From NCBI GenBank assembly GCA_002633005.1, contig NMRA01000801.1, forward strand, positions 62,001 through 126,000: 64,000 nucleotides of DNA, in the 5' to 3' direction. This stretch comes from Phoronis australis (lineage: Eukaryota; Animalia; Phoronida). Below the pieces are notes generated by a model, which made no database searches, was not told where the DNA came from, and saw only the letters and a program-made list of their open reading frames with translations. A program made the position numbers and the translations under genes. Position 1 is the first letter of the stretch, and each line of letters begins with the position of its first letter. This document shows positions 1 through 13,095 of the stretch, in pieces.

Positions 1-112
1 CTAGCTGGTAGAAACACAGCCCCAGCTCAGCCATGGTAGGCTTGAATAGCTCCCTCAGACGGTAGTCTTGCATCAGTTTCACCAGAACAGCAAACGCCTC
101 TTCTTCAGGCAT
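1..112 (-). CDS. EVI5: EVI5/EVI5L-family TBC RabGAP, coding exon 6 (truncated by window edge)
   Basis: Reverse strand reads MPEEEAFAVLVKLMQDYRLRELFKPTMAELGLCFYQL after a CAG acceptor (115-113). Matches the EVI5 TBC segment as I recall it; phase 0 fits the preceding exon. Confidence 0.93.
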   Translation of the reverse strand, partial: MPEEEAFAVLVKLMQDYRLRELFKPTMAELGLCFYQL

Positions 113-2326
113 CTGTGAGACACACACACGGCAGATAATATTAACAAATATGATGTGAAATATGTTGAACCTTGCAAGTCAAACCAGTTTTACCCTAACA
201 ACAACCTAGCCCCTGGACTTACATTTTTTATGTATAACTTTCTTGTCAATAGAGGTCATCACTGTATGCAGAAGATAAAACTGACAAAATTGCAGCAAAA
301 ATGGCTCACCAACACTACGCTGATATGGACAGCATGTTGGGTATGACACACAGGAACATCAAGAAGGATTTACAATAATTTTGAAAACCAAGTGAAAGAA
401 ATCACCGCATATAACATTCGTGTATTTAGGCATATGCGGCAATTTGTGAAGGTGTGCCTAATTAGGTGTAGGGACCTTAAAGTGAAATGCTTAAAACAGT
501 GAAATTATGAGTGAAACTTGACTTATCCACCTAACACAAAGGTAAACCATGAAGTGTATTAAATATAGCAATAGTCTATACTGCTGCATTTGCCCGAATT
601 AGTTGATTAAAAATGAATCAGGCCTTTTCCTCTAGTAAAGTCGGTCCCGTGTCATGGTAAGACTGATTTCAACAAGAATATTGAAACGACCAGCGACTCT
701 AGAAAACAGTTCATTGGGGTTGGCCAACCTTATTGAGAATTAGAAAATAGTGGATGTTTCGTATTGCCTGAGACTTCTATTGGTAATGGGAATAGAACCT
801 AATCACAATACAAACTATTATTAGAGTGACTTTAAGAGACCGAAAGGCCTAATTTGACTTTAAGCCAACAGAACATTCAAGGCAAAATTCTGCTGTAATT
901 TTAATCCAAAAATTCAAGAATGGACAAAAACATAAATAACAGCCAGTTTAAAGCATGCAGTCTACAAAGGGGAGCCAGCCATCTGTGGGCTGACAACAGG
1001 CTGAAGCCTAGGAGCATGTGACCATACACTGGAGCAAACAATTATTGAACATAAACATTATTTCATATAAAGGTCTTCGGACCTAAATATGTACAATATG
1101 GCTAAAACAGACAACCCATTCCCTACTTAGCAGCCACTGTACTGGGTCACAGATTCATTTTTGAACTGAGAAACACAAACACCAATTTCTACACTCAAAA
1201 AGCAAACAGTTCATTGTGGTAGTTACAAATACTTTCATTTAATATGACATGTTGTCCACTGACTGCTTAACTGCCTCTAACAAGACTCACAAACATAGAG
1301 TGTGGTCAACATGATACATGATTTCAGTAAATTTAATGACTAATACAGTTTTGCTCGACTTAAGCTTAAGAAGTCAATGTCAGGAATTATAAATTAAATG
1401 AAAATTGATTTTCCAAGTCTGGCAGAGTGGACAGAACTCAACGTGGCTCGACAAAAATGCGCGTGTTCGAATGGCTCTAACCTTAAAAAAATCGACAGGT
1501 TGACCCTTTTGCCCTTGGCTAAATCACGCAAAACTAACGAAAAGCGAGACATTAATGTAACAGTTTGAAAAGACAGCATGCAGAATTTGCGAAACTTTCA
1601 AAAATCAACAATGAACTAAAAAATTGGAACATGCAAATGTAAAACGCCGGGTAGCACTGATTTCAAATAAGAAACAAAAGGTGAAAATCTACATTAGGTG
1701 GACTACATCGGAACTTTACGAAGCAACGAACGGTAACAACGAACCACACAAAATGAATAGTGCAATAAAGCTCAACCAGGATGTGGTTTTCCTTTTGCCC
1801 ATCTTGCAGAATCATTAATTTTATTTGTTCTAAATATACGTCATAACAAGTGCCATTATCCAATCATCCCCATCATGTTCTGTACTGTAACCCAAAGTAG
1901 ACACACATTATCATATTTTGTACTGTAACCCAGACAAAGTAGACACTCATTAGAGAAAAACTCTTCAACTTTCCAAACAAAATATGGATGTAATTCACAA
2001 AATTCTTTCACGAACTTCAGGTTTCAAATGGAATTTACACATTTCACTTATCCTAGGTTCCAGAATTTTAATAATTTTCCAATAAAACAAAATAAAGAAT
2101 TATAAATTGTTATCGTAGACTGATGCTGGCTATAACTCGATGGACAATTGTTTGTAATGGACATGTTCAAGTAGTTGTACATTGTCTGAAGGTGGCGCTG
2201 CACTTTTTCCGGTTCTTGCTATTTGAGAAAAACTCAACACGGCATGTAGCAAGTTGTCGCTAAAACGGCACGTTATTTAATAAATATGTACGTGCAGCTT
2301 TGAAATACAGACAGTGTTAATATAGA

Positions 2327-2747
2327 GTGAACTGATAAGGGTTGAGGGAGGGGTTTGTGTCCACTTTGTATTGTACATACAATGAAGTGATAAGGGTTGA
2401 GGGAGGGGTTTGTGTCCACTTTGTATTGTATATACAGTGAAGTGATAAGGGTTGAGGGAGGGGTTTGTGTCCACTTTGTATTGTATATACAATGAACTGA
2501 TAAGGGTTGAGGGAGGGGTTTGTGTCCACTTTGTATTGTATATACAGTGAACTGATAAGGGCTGAGGGAGGGGTTTGTGTCCATTTTGTATTGTATATTC
2601 AGTGAACTGATAAGGGCTGAGGGAGGGGTTTATGTCCACTTTGTATTGTATATACAGTGAAGTGATAAGGACTGAGGGAGGGTTTTGTGTCCACTTTGTA
2701 TTGAATATTCAATGAACTGATAAAGGCTGAGGGAGGGGTTTGTGTCC
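2327..2747. repeat. 55-bp minisatellite, ~7.5 copies (EVI5 intron)
   Basis: Unit TGAACTGATAAGGGTTGAGGGAGGGGTTTGTGTCCACTTTGTATTGTATATACAG. Confidence 0.95.
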
Positions 2748-3226
2748 CCAGCAGTCTGGAAAGGAAGGTTGCAGTGTGAGTATCAACAGTCCAACTACTT
2801 GTAAATAATTCACAAACAAACACGGCACAGTGGGTAGGCAGGTAAAGTTGTCAAGTAGTCCGCACTCACCAACTGCTAAGAGAGAAGATTTCTACTGGTT
2901 TAACATCACGGTTGCTACAACTGAATGATGTCAGGGAAAAGGCTGAACTTGGTAATTTTCATACTACAACTGGGGTCTGAACTGACTTGGAGATAGCATG
3001 CAAACGAAACAGCATGCCCTCACTTACTGGTCGGCCCAACTTGGATGCCTACAAGTTTGGTTGTTAAGTACAGAATATCTATCATATACACTGAATACAC
3101 ACACTGTTGACACTGTGACTATGTAGACAACATCAACCTAAATATGATAATGGCTGCACTTAATGAACTCTTCCAGGTCAACTGGACAAGACATCTGATT
3201 GGTTAGTGAATGAAGAGTTCATGCAG

Positions 3227-3483
3227 CATGCGCGCACCCAGAGGGGGGAGGCTCAGGGGGCTCAAACGAGCCCCCCACCCCATTCGGCGAAGTGAGCAAA
3301 AAGGTCCGCCTCTGAGAGACAAAAAATCAAAGAAAATGAGACAAGAGTCCACTAAACAAGCGCAAACGTGCAATTCACAGTGGTGCTTCCGTATTTTTTT
3401 AGTCCGCCCGCTGTTTTGTTACCAAAAGGTCTACAACGTCAGGAATTCGAGCCCCCCGATATTGAAGGCTGGGTGCGCGCATG
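3227..3483. mobile_element. 257-bp MITE with 15-bp TIR and 5-bp TSD
   Basis: CATGCGCGCACCCAG...CTGGGTGCGCGCATG, flanked by TGCAG on both sides. Confidence 0.85.
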
Positions 3484-3917
3484 TGCAGGAACCAATCAGA
3501 TGTTTAGAATGTTGACCTGACTGACTGATGCCAGTCACTAGACGGAAGCATAGAATTTCTGGTTTATATACTGGAAAGAATTCTGACAGTGCACACCAAA
3601 GGAAATTTATTACACAGGGTCTTTATACAAAGAAAATGGTCCACAGACATAGAATAACGTTCAACATAAACAATAACATTGATGGTAGCAATGTTAACTT
3701 TGCAGATAAGTCTAAATTGTGATGAATATTGTTAAGTTTCTCATAGTCTGTTATTGTTTGACACTCAATTGACACTGTTCATTTTGGGAAAACTTAAAAA
3801 CTGAAGAAAAAAAACACATAAATTATGGCTCCAAAAGTAGACCCATGTGCCTATATTTGGGAAATTTTGTGTATATTTGACGGGGTTCTGTTTGCGGAAT
3901 TTCGTGATGAGTGAATC

Positions 3918-4561
3918 AAGTACAGTAACTGATAACAACATAGTGTGCCGTGTGTTGAAGTACAGTAACTGATAACAACACAGTGTGCCTTGTGTTGAAG
4001 TACAGTAACTGATAACAACACAGTGTGCCGTGTGTTGAAGTACAGTAACTGATGACAACACAGTGTGCCTTGTGTTGAAGTACAGTAACTGATAACAACA
4101 CAGTGTGCCGTGTGTTGAAGTACAGTAACTGATAACAACACAGTGTGTCTTGTGTTGAAGTACAGTAACTGATAACAACACAGTGTGCCTTGTGTTGAAG
4201 TACAGTAACTGATAACAACACAGTGTGCCTTGTGTTGAAGTACAGTAACTGATAACAACACAGTGTGCCTTGTGTTGAAGTACAGTAACTGATGACAACA
4301 CAGTGTGCCGTGTGTTGAAGTACAGTAACTGATAACAACACAGTGTGTCTTGTGTTGAAGTACAGTAACTGATAACAACACAGTGTGCCTTGTGTTGAAG
4401 TACAGTAACTGATGACAACACAGTGTGCCTTGTGTTGAAGTACAGTAACTGATAACAACACAGTGTGCCTTGTGTTGAAGTACAGTAACTGATAACAACA
4501 CAGTGTGCCTTGTGTTGAAGTACAGTAACTGATAACAACACAGTGTGCCTTGTGTTGAAGT
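3918..4561. repeat. 40-bp minisatellite, ~16 near-identical copies
   Basis: Unit TACAGTAACTGATAACAACACAGTGTGCCTTGTGTTGAAG. Confidence 0.97.
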
Positions 4562-5851
4562 GAAACGTGCCACAAGCTTAGAAACAGTGAGCACTACTTT
4601 CATTCAAGCAAGACGACAAGCTGTGCTCTGCTAAGAAGAAATTTAAAGAAAATTAAAACTATATTGAGAGCTGTTCCGGTAATATAACAATTACAACATA
4701 GTAAGTGAACATGTCATGATGTCACACAAGGTCAAGGTCAAGGAGTACACTGTGATGAGTGAAAAATAAATCACCACAGATGTGAACGGTGACATGGAAC
4801 ATCACTACATGTCACTAGCGAAGCCAGGGACTTTCCTGAAGAAATGCTTGCATTCAGGTACATAGACAACTTGGGGTTTCCTAATTTAGAACTAGATAAA
4901 AAGGACAAAGCCACCATCTTGCTGCATAACTACATATAGGGACTATAACAGTTGCCTTGATTGTGGTACAGCAGGCCTTACAAGCCTTGATCGTGAAATG
5001 AGAGATTACCATCATAACGACTAGAGAAGTGGGACAAACATATTCCTTGTGTCATATCTCACGCACGATGTATTGCATGTGTCCTGTCTATTGCATTGTC
5101 TTGATCACAAGAACACCTCTGCGCTGATGACCTGCTTTCTGCTCTCAAGTCTACTCAGATGTCAGAAGGTGACGCCTTTATTTACTAAGCCCATAGGTTT
5201 ACAAGTACACAAAAATAGTGTCAAACCATGGTTGAATCAACCTTAGAACTCTAAACTACTTTTGTTCTCATGAATGGTTACTGATAGAACAATGTACACA
5301 ACTCACACGTTCTCCATCTCCCTTCCCTCCATAAATGTCCATCTCAAACGGCCATCTCAAGTCTGCATTGCCATTTTCGGTGAAAACAATGACAACCCAT
5401 CATGTCTGACTCACTGAGGCTCAATTAATGTACTAACCAGAGTTTTTCCCCAAGTCCAAAAACGACTTCTAATCTACTTAAATGACCAGTTGAAACTAGT
5501 TCTACAGTGACAAGTGGTCCGATTAGCATGAAAAGTGTGACATCATTGTTTTAGGGGAACTTAAGCGATCCTGTCATCTTGGTTCTAATACAAAATTGTA
5601 ACTGAAAAATCACCAGTTAAACTGTGTTCCAGAAAACGCATGATAACCATGGTAATTAAGTATGGTAAACAGATGTTGTGTCATGAGCTTCAGATATTTA
5701 AATGTTATTTTTGTTGAATTTAACCAATTTCAATAAAAAGGTTAGAGACCAAGTGACACATTATTCACCTACAATTTAGAGTTAGCGTGACTTTCCACTC
5801 CTATTCAGAAGTGAGAATTTTTGAGACTAGAGGGAGCACTTGTAGCATTAC

Positions 5852-5926
5852 CTGCATTAGTAGTAGTCCAACAATGAAGCCACTACCTTGGCAGTAGCCC
5901 ACTTCACGGTCATGCAGTGAATAGGC
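5852..5926 (-). CDS. EVI5: EVI5-family coding exon 5 (TBC Gln-finger YCQG)
   Basis: AYSLHDREVGYCQGSGFIVGLLLMQ, 75 nt. CAG acceptor 5929-5927, GT donor 5851-5850. Confidence 0.95.
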
Positions 5927-6145
5927 CTGCAAAACAGAAGAAAACAAATCACAAGTGTCCAAAATTATCAATGGCTTCCATCTACTTAATTTTTCCAACC
6001 TATTTTTGAACGTTTTTTCCTCCACTTCACTTGTCAAGGAACATGAATGTAAATGTTAAACCTCATCTGTTCTTGGTTGATTACTTAAAATCATAATGAA
6101 GGTTCAGCAAAATTATAGAGCTACTGTTCCTTCGTTGATGTTTTA

Positions 6146-6570
6146 AACTGCGTGCATCAGCCAATTGGGTAGTTTTAAAACTCAGTTTGTCCCATAAACT
6201 GCATACATCAGCCCATTGGGTAGTCTTAAAACTCAGTTTGTCCCATAACTGCATACATCAGCCCATTGGGTAGTCTTAAAACTCAGTTTGTCCCATAACT
6301 GCGTACATCAGCCCATTGGGTAGTCTTAAAACTCAATTTGTCCCATAAACTGCATACATCAGCCCATTGGGTAGTCTTAAAACTCAGTTTGTCCCATAAC
6401 TGCATACATCAGCCAACTGGGTAGTCTTAAAACTCAGTTTGTCTCATAACTGCATACATCAGCCCATTGGGTAGTGTTAAAACTCAGTTTGTCCCATAAA
6501 CTGCATACATCAGCCAATTGGGTAGTCTTAAAACTCAGTTTGTCCCATAACTGCATACATCAGCCCATTG
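6146..6570. repeat. 50/51-bp minisatellite, ~8 copies
   Basis: Unit AACTGCATACATCAGCCCATTGGGTAGTCTTAAAACTCAGTTTGTCCCAT(A). Confidence 0.95.
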
Positions 6571-6979
6571 ACCACAGACTTACTGTGACACTCTGTGAAG
6601 GATCACTACAAAGTCATTACATCATAACACATGTTGCTTCTTAACCCTGACTAATCAGCACACCATAGGAGACATTCAAGCAACAACATGGCCACTAACC
6701 AGGTGGGATCGGATATTAGTGACCTCTGGAGGACAAAAAGGTAATTTCCCTTTTGTTTCATGTCTAACGACAAGCTATGTCAAACGCCTTTTTTGAAGAC
6801 AAACATACTTCCCTATGCTACCTGCTGCGAAGAAAAAGTAGCTCCTACTACAGTCAGGAAGCGATAAAGAGTCATCAGTCCCTAGTGATAATTAGTCCCC
6901 ATTGCTTTCTGAAAGCCTGTCCTGCCCCCTCTCTCCACCTAATACTTCATTAGTCAAGCTGTTGTGTTACTTTCATTAC

Positions 6980-7204
6980 CTTCATTACGTTGAACAAGCT
7001 TTCCTGACCCAAACCGTCCTTTTCACGGAAGAAGTCGTGTTCGGGATACGTACGAGCTATGTCGCGTCGTATTACCTTCTCACACGGCGACACCATCTTC
7101 AGGTAGACGGCGAAGTGATCCTTGTACTCCGAGTCATGTGCACCACACAGGTACTGCCAGACAATGCCACGGAAATGGTGAGGGATGCCCTTTCGCACGA
7201 GCTC
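6980..7204 (-). CDS. EVI5: EVI5-family coding exon 4 (TBC Arg-finger IRRDIART)
   Basis: ELVRKGIPHHFRGIVWQYLC...VIRRDIARTYPEHDFF...GQESLFNVMK, 225 nt. CAG acceptor 7207-7205, GT donor 6979-6978. Confidence 0.95.
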
Positions 7205-7714
7205 CTGTCATGGGAGGGAATGCAATAAGGGTGACGTTTGAGAAATGACGTTAGAGGCCTTCTTACGTGGCCTCCTTTCACCAGAGCAAAATGATAGATG
7301 GATCAAGCTTGTGAGGGATCTCTTATACGTAATCTTACAATTGGAGGCAATGAGACATGGGTCACGTATAGTTACTTACAGAATGGATATGATGGCTTCA
7401 TTGTCATATACATCTAATAAGAGGTTAAAATATGGGACACATTGTTTCTATTCAACATTTATGACCAGATAGATAGTGATTACACCAGTTTCAGTTCTCA
7501 GCCCACAATGGATGTGAACAAAACTATCTGAAGATGACTATGCGACATACAGCACACATGGAAAATGTAACTCAACTCTTGAAGTCCAGGCAATTACACA
7601 ATGGACCACTATGTAGTATTACCAAGGCTCTGGACATATTCATGCTTAATTCATCTCAACTCCTACACTACGCGCATAGATCCAACATGGTCTAGATCCA
7701 GTAACATCACATAC

Positions 7715-7803
7715 CCTCACATACTGGGATCTCTTCTTGCTGATGTTTTCCCAGTCACTGATAACCTTTCCCCACACCACCCATGACTCATCCGGGTTGT
7801 TGC
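7715..7803 (-). CDS. EVI5: EVI5-family coding exon 3
   Basis: (G)NNPDESWVVWGKVISDWENISKKRSQYVR, 89 nt. TAG acceptor after a pyrimidine tract, GTATGT donor; phases 1/0 fit both neighbours. Confidence 0.92.
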
Positions 7804-8438
7804 CTAGCAACAGAAGCAGAAGAAGTAACATACAAGTGGATACTGGAAATCTAGAAAGTTTGTCAGAAGATCGATGGTAATATGAAATAATTTTCATTCA
7901 TGACAAAATCTGAATAACCTTTAAATTCTCTGAAATATAATTCAGTGTTCCGTAATGTGGCCAGTTCATTCCTACAAAGATTTTCTACAGACAGCGAGTG
8001 TAAGACAAAAACAAGACTTTATGAAGAACACGAGATAGTTAGTTCATTTGTAGCATTTTTTAGCTTATCTTTAACTTAATGGCATAATGTCCATTTTACT
8101 GACTACATTTACTTCTACATCCAAGTACACAAAGGCTTATATATAAAGTACAAGGTAAAAGACATGCCTTTTTCAAATATGTGCCCTCGTGCTTACTATC
8201 ATAAATACACAGTAGGTTTACATAATTACGGTCTAGACTGATTCTATTTGCTAAAATTGCAGTAACAAAAAAGGAAGGGTCAGAGCCGTAACTGTTTATG
8301 GGATTTATAACAAAGTGTGAAGCTTTATGGTTCAACCAATCAAATTGTTTTCTGAAATACACAACCTGTGCGTAACTTCATGTTGCATGTAGTCGCACGC
8401 GGAGCTGGATATGCATGCTAAACACTTAGGTAACCTAC

Positions 8439-8602
8439 CTGGCTCCTCGTCAAATGCGAGGTTACTGATATGGCTGCCCACAGAGTTAGAGGATACCAGA
8501 CTGGAGTTGGAGTCCTTACGTGAGTGACTACGCTTGATCAAGTCAGGGTTGCTAGAGTTACCGCTAACGGACTGAAGCGACTTCTCATCCTGTTCCAAGA
8601 GT
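8439..8602 (-). CDS. EVI5: EVI5-family coding exon 2
   Basis: (R)LLEQDEKSLQSVSGNSS...SNSSLVSSNSVGSHISNLAFDEEP(G), 164 nt. Resembles EVI5 LLETDSKSL...SSLVSS. CAG acceptor, GTAGGT donor; phases 2/1 fit. Confidence 0.9.
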
Positions 8603-8771
8603 CTGCGGGAAAAAATGAGGCAAATTACTAAGTGACATGTTAAATATTTCCGTGCTACTCTGTATCATGATAATAGACTTCAAGCACAGAGGGCACACCA
8701 GACGGAGTTGAAAACAAGCCTGTACAACATGCATGGCACAGTATGCTTTTTACTCTCCTGAAGAAGCTTTA

Positions 8772-9775
8772 GTTATCTTCATATAAATACACTTACTAAA
8801 TTTAGTAAAGATCCTGCAGTGGGTTTAGGATATACAACTATGGGCAGAAAACAAAACTACCAATAGCAGGTGCCACAGTAGTCAGTCACCATCATTAAAG
8901 GTCGTCTTCACACTGAGAACATATATGCCAATTTTCAAATGATTTGGTTGATACAGGGGTGGACGCCAAAAACAAGATTTGAAAACAGCAAAAATGGCCA
9001 CTAGATGGTGCAAAATACCTCGACTCCATCCAAAAACAGGAAGATAGCATCATCACACCAACAGATGCCTATATTTAAAATTTTATGAAAATCTGTTGAG
9101 GACCTTTGAAGATACAGAGTTAAACGTAAAAAACTAAAATTGCCCCCTGGGGGCACAGCAGTAGTCAGATCTGTCCGAAGGTCGTCATCATCCGTAGTCA
9201 ACATCACATAAATACACTTGCTAAATTAAGTAAAGATCCTGCGAACGGTTTAGAAGATACAGCCACAGGCGCAAAAAAACAAAACTTCCACTAGGAGGTG
9301 CCATAGTAGTTGAAGCCGCCGGAAAATCATCGTCAACCGTCATCTTAATGGTAAGCACATACATGCCAAATTTTACAATCATCCTTTGAGCGGTTTGGTT
9401 GATAGAGGGGTGGATGCAAAAAACAGACTCAAAAACAGTAAAAATGGCCAGTAGGTGGTGCAAACTACGTCGAATCCATCCGAAAACCAGAGGATAGCGT
9501 CATCTTACTAACAGGTGCCTACATACCAAATTTCATGAAAATCTGTTCAGGACTTTTAAGATACAAAGGTAAGCGTAAAAAAACAAAATTGCCACTAGGG
9601 GACACACCGGTAGTTTGATCCATTCAAAAGTTCACTTATGCCGTCCCATCAGTGAAAGCAAAATTTCCTGAACATACCTCAATCGGTTTTGGAAATAGAG
9701 CAGTGGACGTCGGACGGACTCACACAGATGACGGCATAATGCGTCCACATATAAATATTTGGGCGCATAATAAAA
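8772..9775 (-). mobile_element. Helentron-associated non-autonomous element (HINE/DINE-1-like), 3'-truncated
   Basis: Reverse complement of the family 5' end (TTATGCGCCC...ATGTGGACGCAT, then GTCC-type microsatellite), followed by ~150-bp subrepeats. Confidence 0.8.
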
Positions 9776-10165
9776 TGACGTGGATATGTAAAATATCAAA
9801 TGAGAGAGCCAATATTTCACAAACCAATACAAACACATGTCCCTTTCAACAAACTGTACATTAGACAAAGGGTCTGGTCAAGCTCTATCAAATTATACAT
9901 TAAGACTTTAAGGGTTCGGTCAATTTCAGACTACGTATGATTTCAAAAAAGAAATAAGAAATAAAAGGGAACTGACTATGGTCAAAGTATTTGAAGAATT
10001 TTTACTTAATGAAACTTTTACAATCTTGGATGAGCCATGTGGGCGGATTTGCATTCGAGGGAATGTTTCCACAAAGTTGCGTGTTTTCGGCCATCCCCAG
10101 CTCCGCTCATCAAAATGTTAAGAAGCCGGGCTTAACTGTGACGTTGCGAGAACTAGTTGATTGAG

Positions 10166-10653
10166 CAGGGCTTGGAATGACTAATGACAAAAAATGCGGA
10201 AACTTTTACGGCCCAAAGAGCGTGCGCGCTACCCGGCATGGTTGATGTGAACCCTTTCCCAGAGAAAAATCGGGAGAACTAAAAAAAAACACCATCAGTA
10301 GCATGCGTCTGCGTCCTTTTAGCTCGTCGGTCCACTCCCAACACACACATTTTTAGCTGCAGAGCCGTAGTATTTGTCACCGCGGTTTACAATAACACGA
10401 GACGCCATTGAAAATCCCACCACGCTATCCCAGATGCCCCGGCAATGTTGACAATTTACGGTCCTCCGAAACATAAAGAGCAACTTCCGCTTTTCGAGGT
10501 GAACGTCGTCTGCAACGCCGCGGTAAGAAAGGAATTTGCCGCGGAAATTTTAGATCAAATCCGATTTTTTTACGCGGAAATATAATAAAATGCGCGGACG
10601 GAACATTTGAAAAAAGCGGAAATCCACGTTTCCGCGGAAAATTCCAAGCCCTG
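10166..10653. mobile_element. 488-bp CAGGG-terminated MITE (hAT-like) with 6-bp TSD
   Basis: TIR CAGGGCTTGGAAT/ATTCCAAGCCCTG, ATTGAG on both flanks. A second, inverted copy is at 42095-42772. Confidence 0.88.
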
Positions 10654-10717
10654 ATTGAGCCCCACATAGCCTGAACAGAGTCGTTGGTCCCTGCATCATT
10701 TAGAACAAAACTGGCAC

Positions 10718-10833
10718 CTGTTGGCAGCCTCTAGCTTCTGGAGCAGTTCTATTTCCTCTGGTGAGGCAGGTGGGTTGGAGTCTCCCCCCAGGCTGGTCCT
10801 AACGGGTGACTCCAAGGACACGCGAAGATCCAT
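10718..10833 (-). CDS. EVI5: EVI5-family first coding exon (start codon)
   Basis: MDLRVSLESPVRTSLGGDSNPPASPEEIELLQKLEAAN(R), resembling EVI5 ELLAKLEEQNR. GT donor at 10717 in phase 2. ATG in good context (GGCATGG) with an in-frame upstream TGA. Exon acceptor TTTTGTAG ends at 10865. Not in the ORF track. Confidence 0.88.
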
Positions 10834-12927
10834 GCCTCTAACTGACACTTGTCAACCATGTGTCCTACAAAAGACAAGCACAGTATTTATTTGAAACATT
10901 CAAATAAAAACTGAGAGGTCAGACACAAACATGACCTAATTGAATCTGACGGGTCATTTCATGGAACCCGTTATAAATACCTAGAATGCAGCATTGAAGA
11001 GAACATGGACATAATTCCAGTGATGTCAAACATATCTTCCATAATTCCCCACTCTACATAATCACAACAGGACGTTAAAAAATTCTTCAACCAAAATTTT
11101 GCGACAATACTAAACGATCTCTTTCCTCTTTAGATTTTTTATATTAAACAGACAATTTTCACTGCACTCATTCTGTTCAGTGACTTGACGCAAACACCTG
11201 GGAGCACCAGCTTGACTGAGAACCATATTCCCAATAGAAGCTACGCACTTTTCTTATCTTCTTTAATTGCAGTTTGACATTTATTGTTGTTATCTGAAAC
11301 TGTCAAGAGGGAGTGTTTGATTGAATTATCTGACAGAGACAAAAATATTTCAAACTACATACATGGTGCTACACCAGACCAGTAAAGTGGGCGAGAATTA
11401 TTTCACAACACAAAAGGTAAAAAGTAAAAGGCATCGCATACCAAGAATCAGACCTATTGCTGAAGCAATAAATGTCGTTCCAAACTGATTAGAGATTAAA
11501 TTTTTAACGACAACAAATACTATTACCAATCAAGGAAAGATTAGAAAGCAATGCAACAAGAATTCTATGAAACCCACATATAGACACTTCATCCTGCAGA
11601 CATACAATATAAAATCCTTATATACTGTTAACAGGAGAACAGTGGGCAACATCACACAAACACATGACTGAGGATAAATTGAGATAGCATAGCGTACACA
11701 ACTCTTGCCTTAGCTATGTTCTGAATATGGTGTAATCTATTTGTTGTGAACAAAAACTTTGCACACCACATAGGAAAGGGCATCGATTCGACAGACATAC
11801 GACAGTTTTGAAAGTGATTAATTGGATAGAAGCATTCAAAACCCATTATAAAGGCTTCTTGCTGATGTTAACATTTAAAATTCATGTTCTCAGACCATGT
11901 TGCTTTATTTAGACAGTCATGACTAAAGGCAAATATTGTGTGCATGAACCTGCCTATAATAATGATAAGTTGAAGTGAACCATGGAAGTTACAAAAGACT
12001 GACTGTGTGTAAACACGATAGCATTATGATCAGAAAACTTTCACATTCATTTTGACCAGCCTGATTATAATTCATTTGTTTTCACAACACAAAACTGCAA
12101 TAAAAAAATTCATGCACGTGTTTGAAAGTCCATGTTCATACTGAGGGGAGTTTTATTGTTTAAAAGTCAATAATGCATTGAAGCACAGTACCAAAAGTCC
12201 CAAATGTCCAAATTTCCATAAGAAACAGCTATTCTCCCAATAATTTCAAACTGTTTTATCAAACTCGACCTCAGTAAGTCAAGCTCATCACTGCAAAAGT
12301 CTAATTTGACAAAGTGATGACTCAAATCAGTGTGAGTGGAGAACACTAAACAAACCATCAGTTATGATTATGATGATGTTTCAATAGTAGTCACTACACA
12401 CACATATTGTGAATTCAGAATTTCTTTACCTGGAGATGCTATGAGCCAAAATATCAAAACTAATCTCAATTGGTTCCTCTCTCAGACTGCAAGTGATTTC
12501 AGGTTTCCTGGGTTAAGAACTGACAATTAATTATAAGCAGTTAATATAGGGGGGCAGCAAGATGACACGTACTGTTGAAATACATCTCAGACTGTTGATA
12601 GTTTTAGCAAAATTCAAAGGGAAAATGCAGCCTTTCTGTTCTAACAAAGAACTATTCAATTTAAATTCTAAAGGAATTGATAGTCTTATTGAAGGTTAAA
12701 ATATGAAAACAGCAGGTTATGAACTCATTATACAAGCGTTGAGCTCAACCCAGAACTATAATAAAGTATAGGCTTATTGTCTGTTCAGAACACTATTCAT
12801 CAATCTTTTCTTGTACTTGTAAACATTTAACATTCAAAGAAGAAGATCCAGCAGCTCAAAACTCCATTGGAACTATAGGAGCAACAAGGTCAATGAACTC
12901 TGAAACCATCAAAACCATTTGGGGTTG

Positions 12928-13095
12928 TAGCTAAACAGCACTTGCAGCTATAGTTAAACAGCACTTATGGCTATAGTTAAATATTACTTGTGGCTATAGT
13001 TAAACAGCTTAAACAGCACTTGTGGCTACAGTTAAACAGCACTTGCAGGCGTTGCAGCTACAGTTAAATAACACTTGTGGCTATAGCACTTGCGG
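12928..13095. repeat. Degenerate 23-bp tandem repeat
   Basis: Unit ~GCTATAGTTAAACAGCACTTGTG. Confidence 0.8.

Noticed and set aside
3918-4561. CRISPR-like appearance of the regular repeats (also 2327-2747, 6146-6570, 28544-28796)
   Set aside because: Units are head-to-tail with no unique spacers, there are no cas genes, and the DNA is eukaryotic.
3765-4603. Three long (219-258 aa) overlapping minus-strand ORFs
   Set aside because: They are translations of a stop-free 40-bp minisatellite inside an EVI5 intron. All three frames give the same repeating peptide.
6902-7228. 108-aa plus-strand ORF (also 28823-29014 and 32849-33055)
   Set aside because: Antisense shadows of real EVI5 and PIN1 exons.
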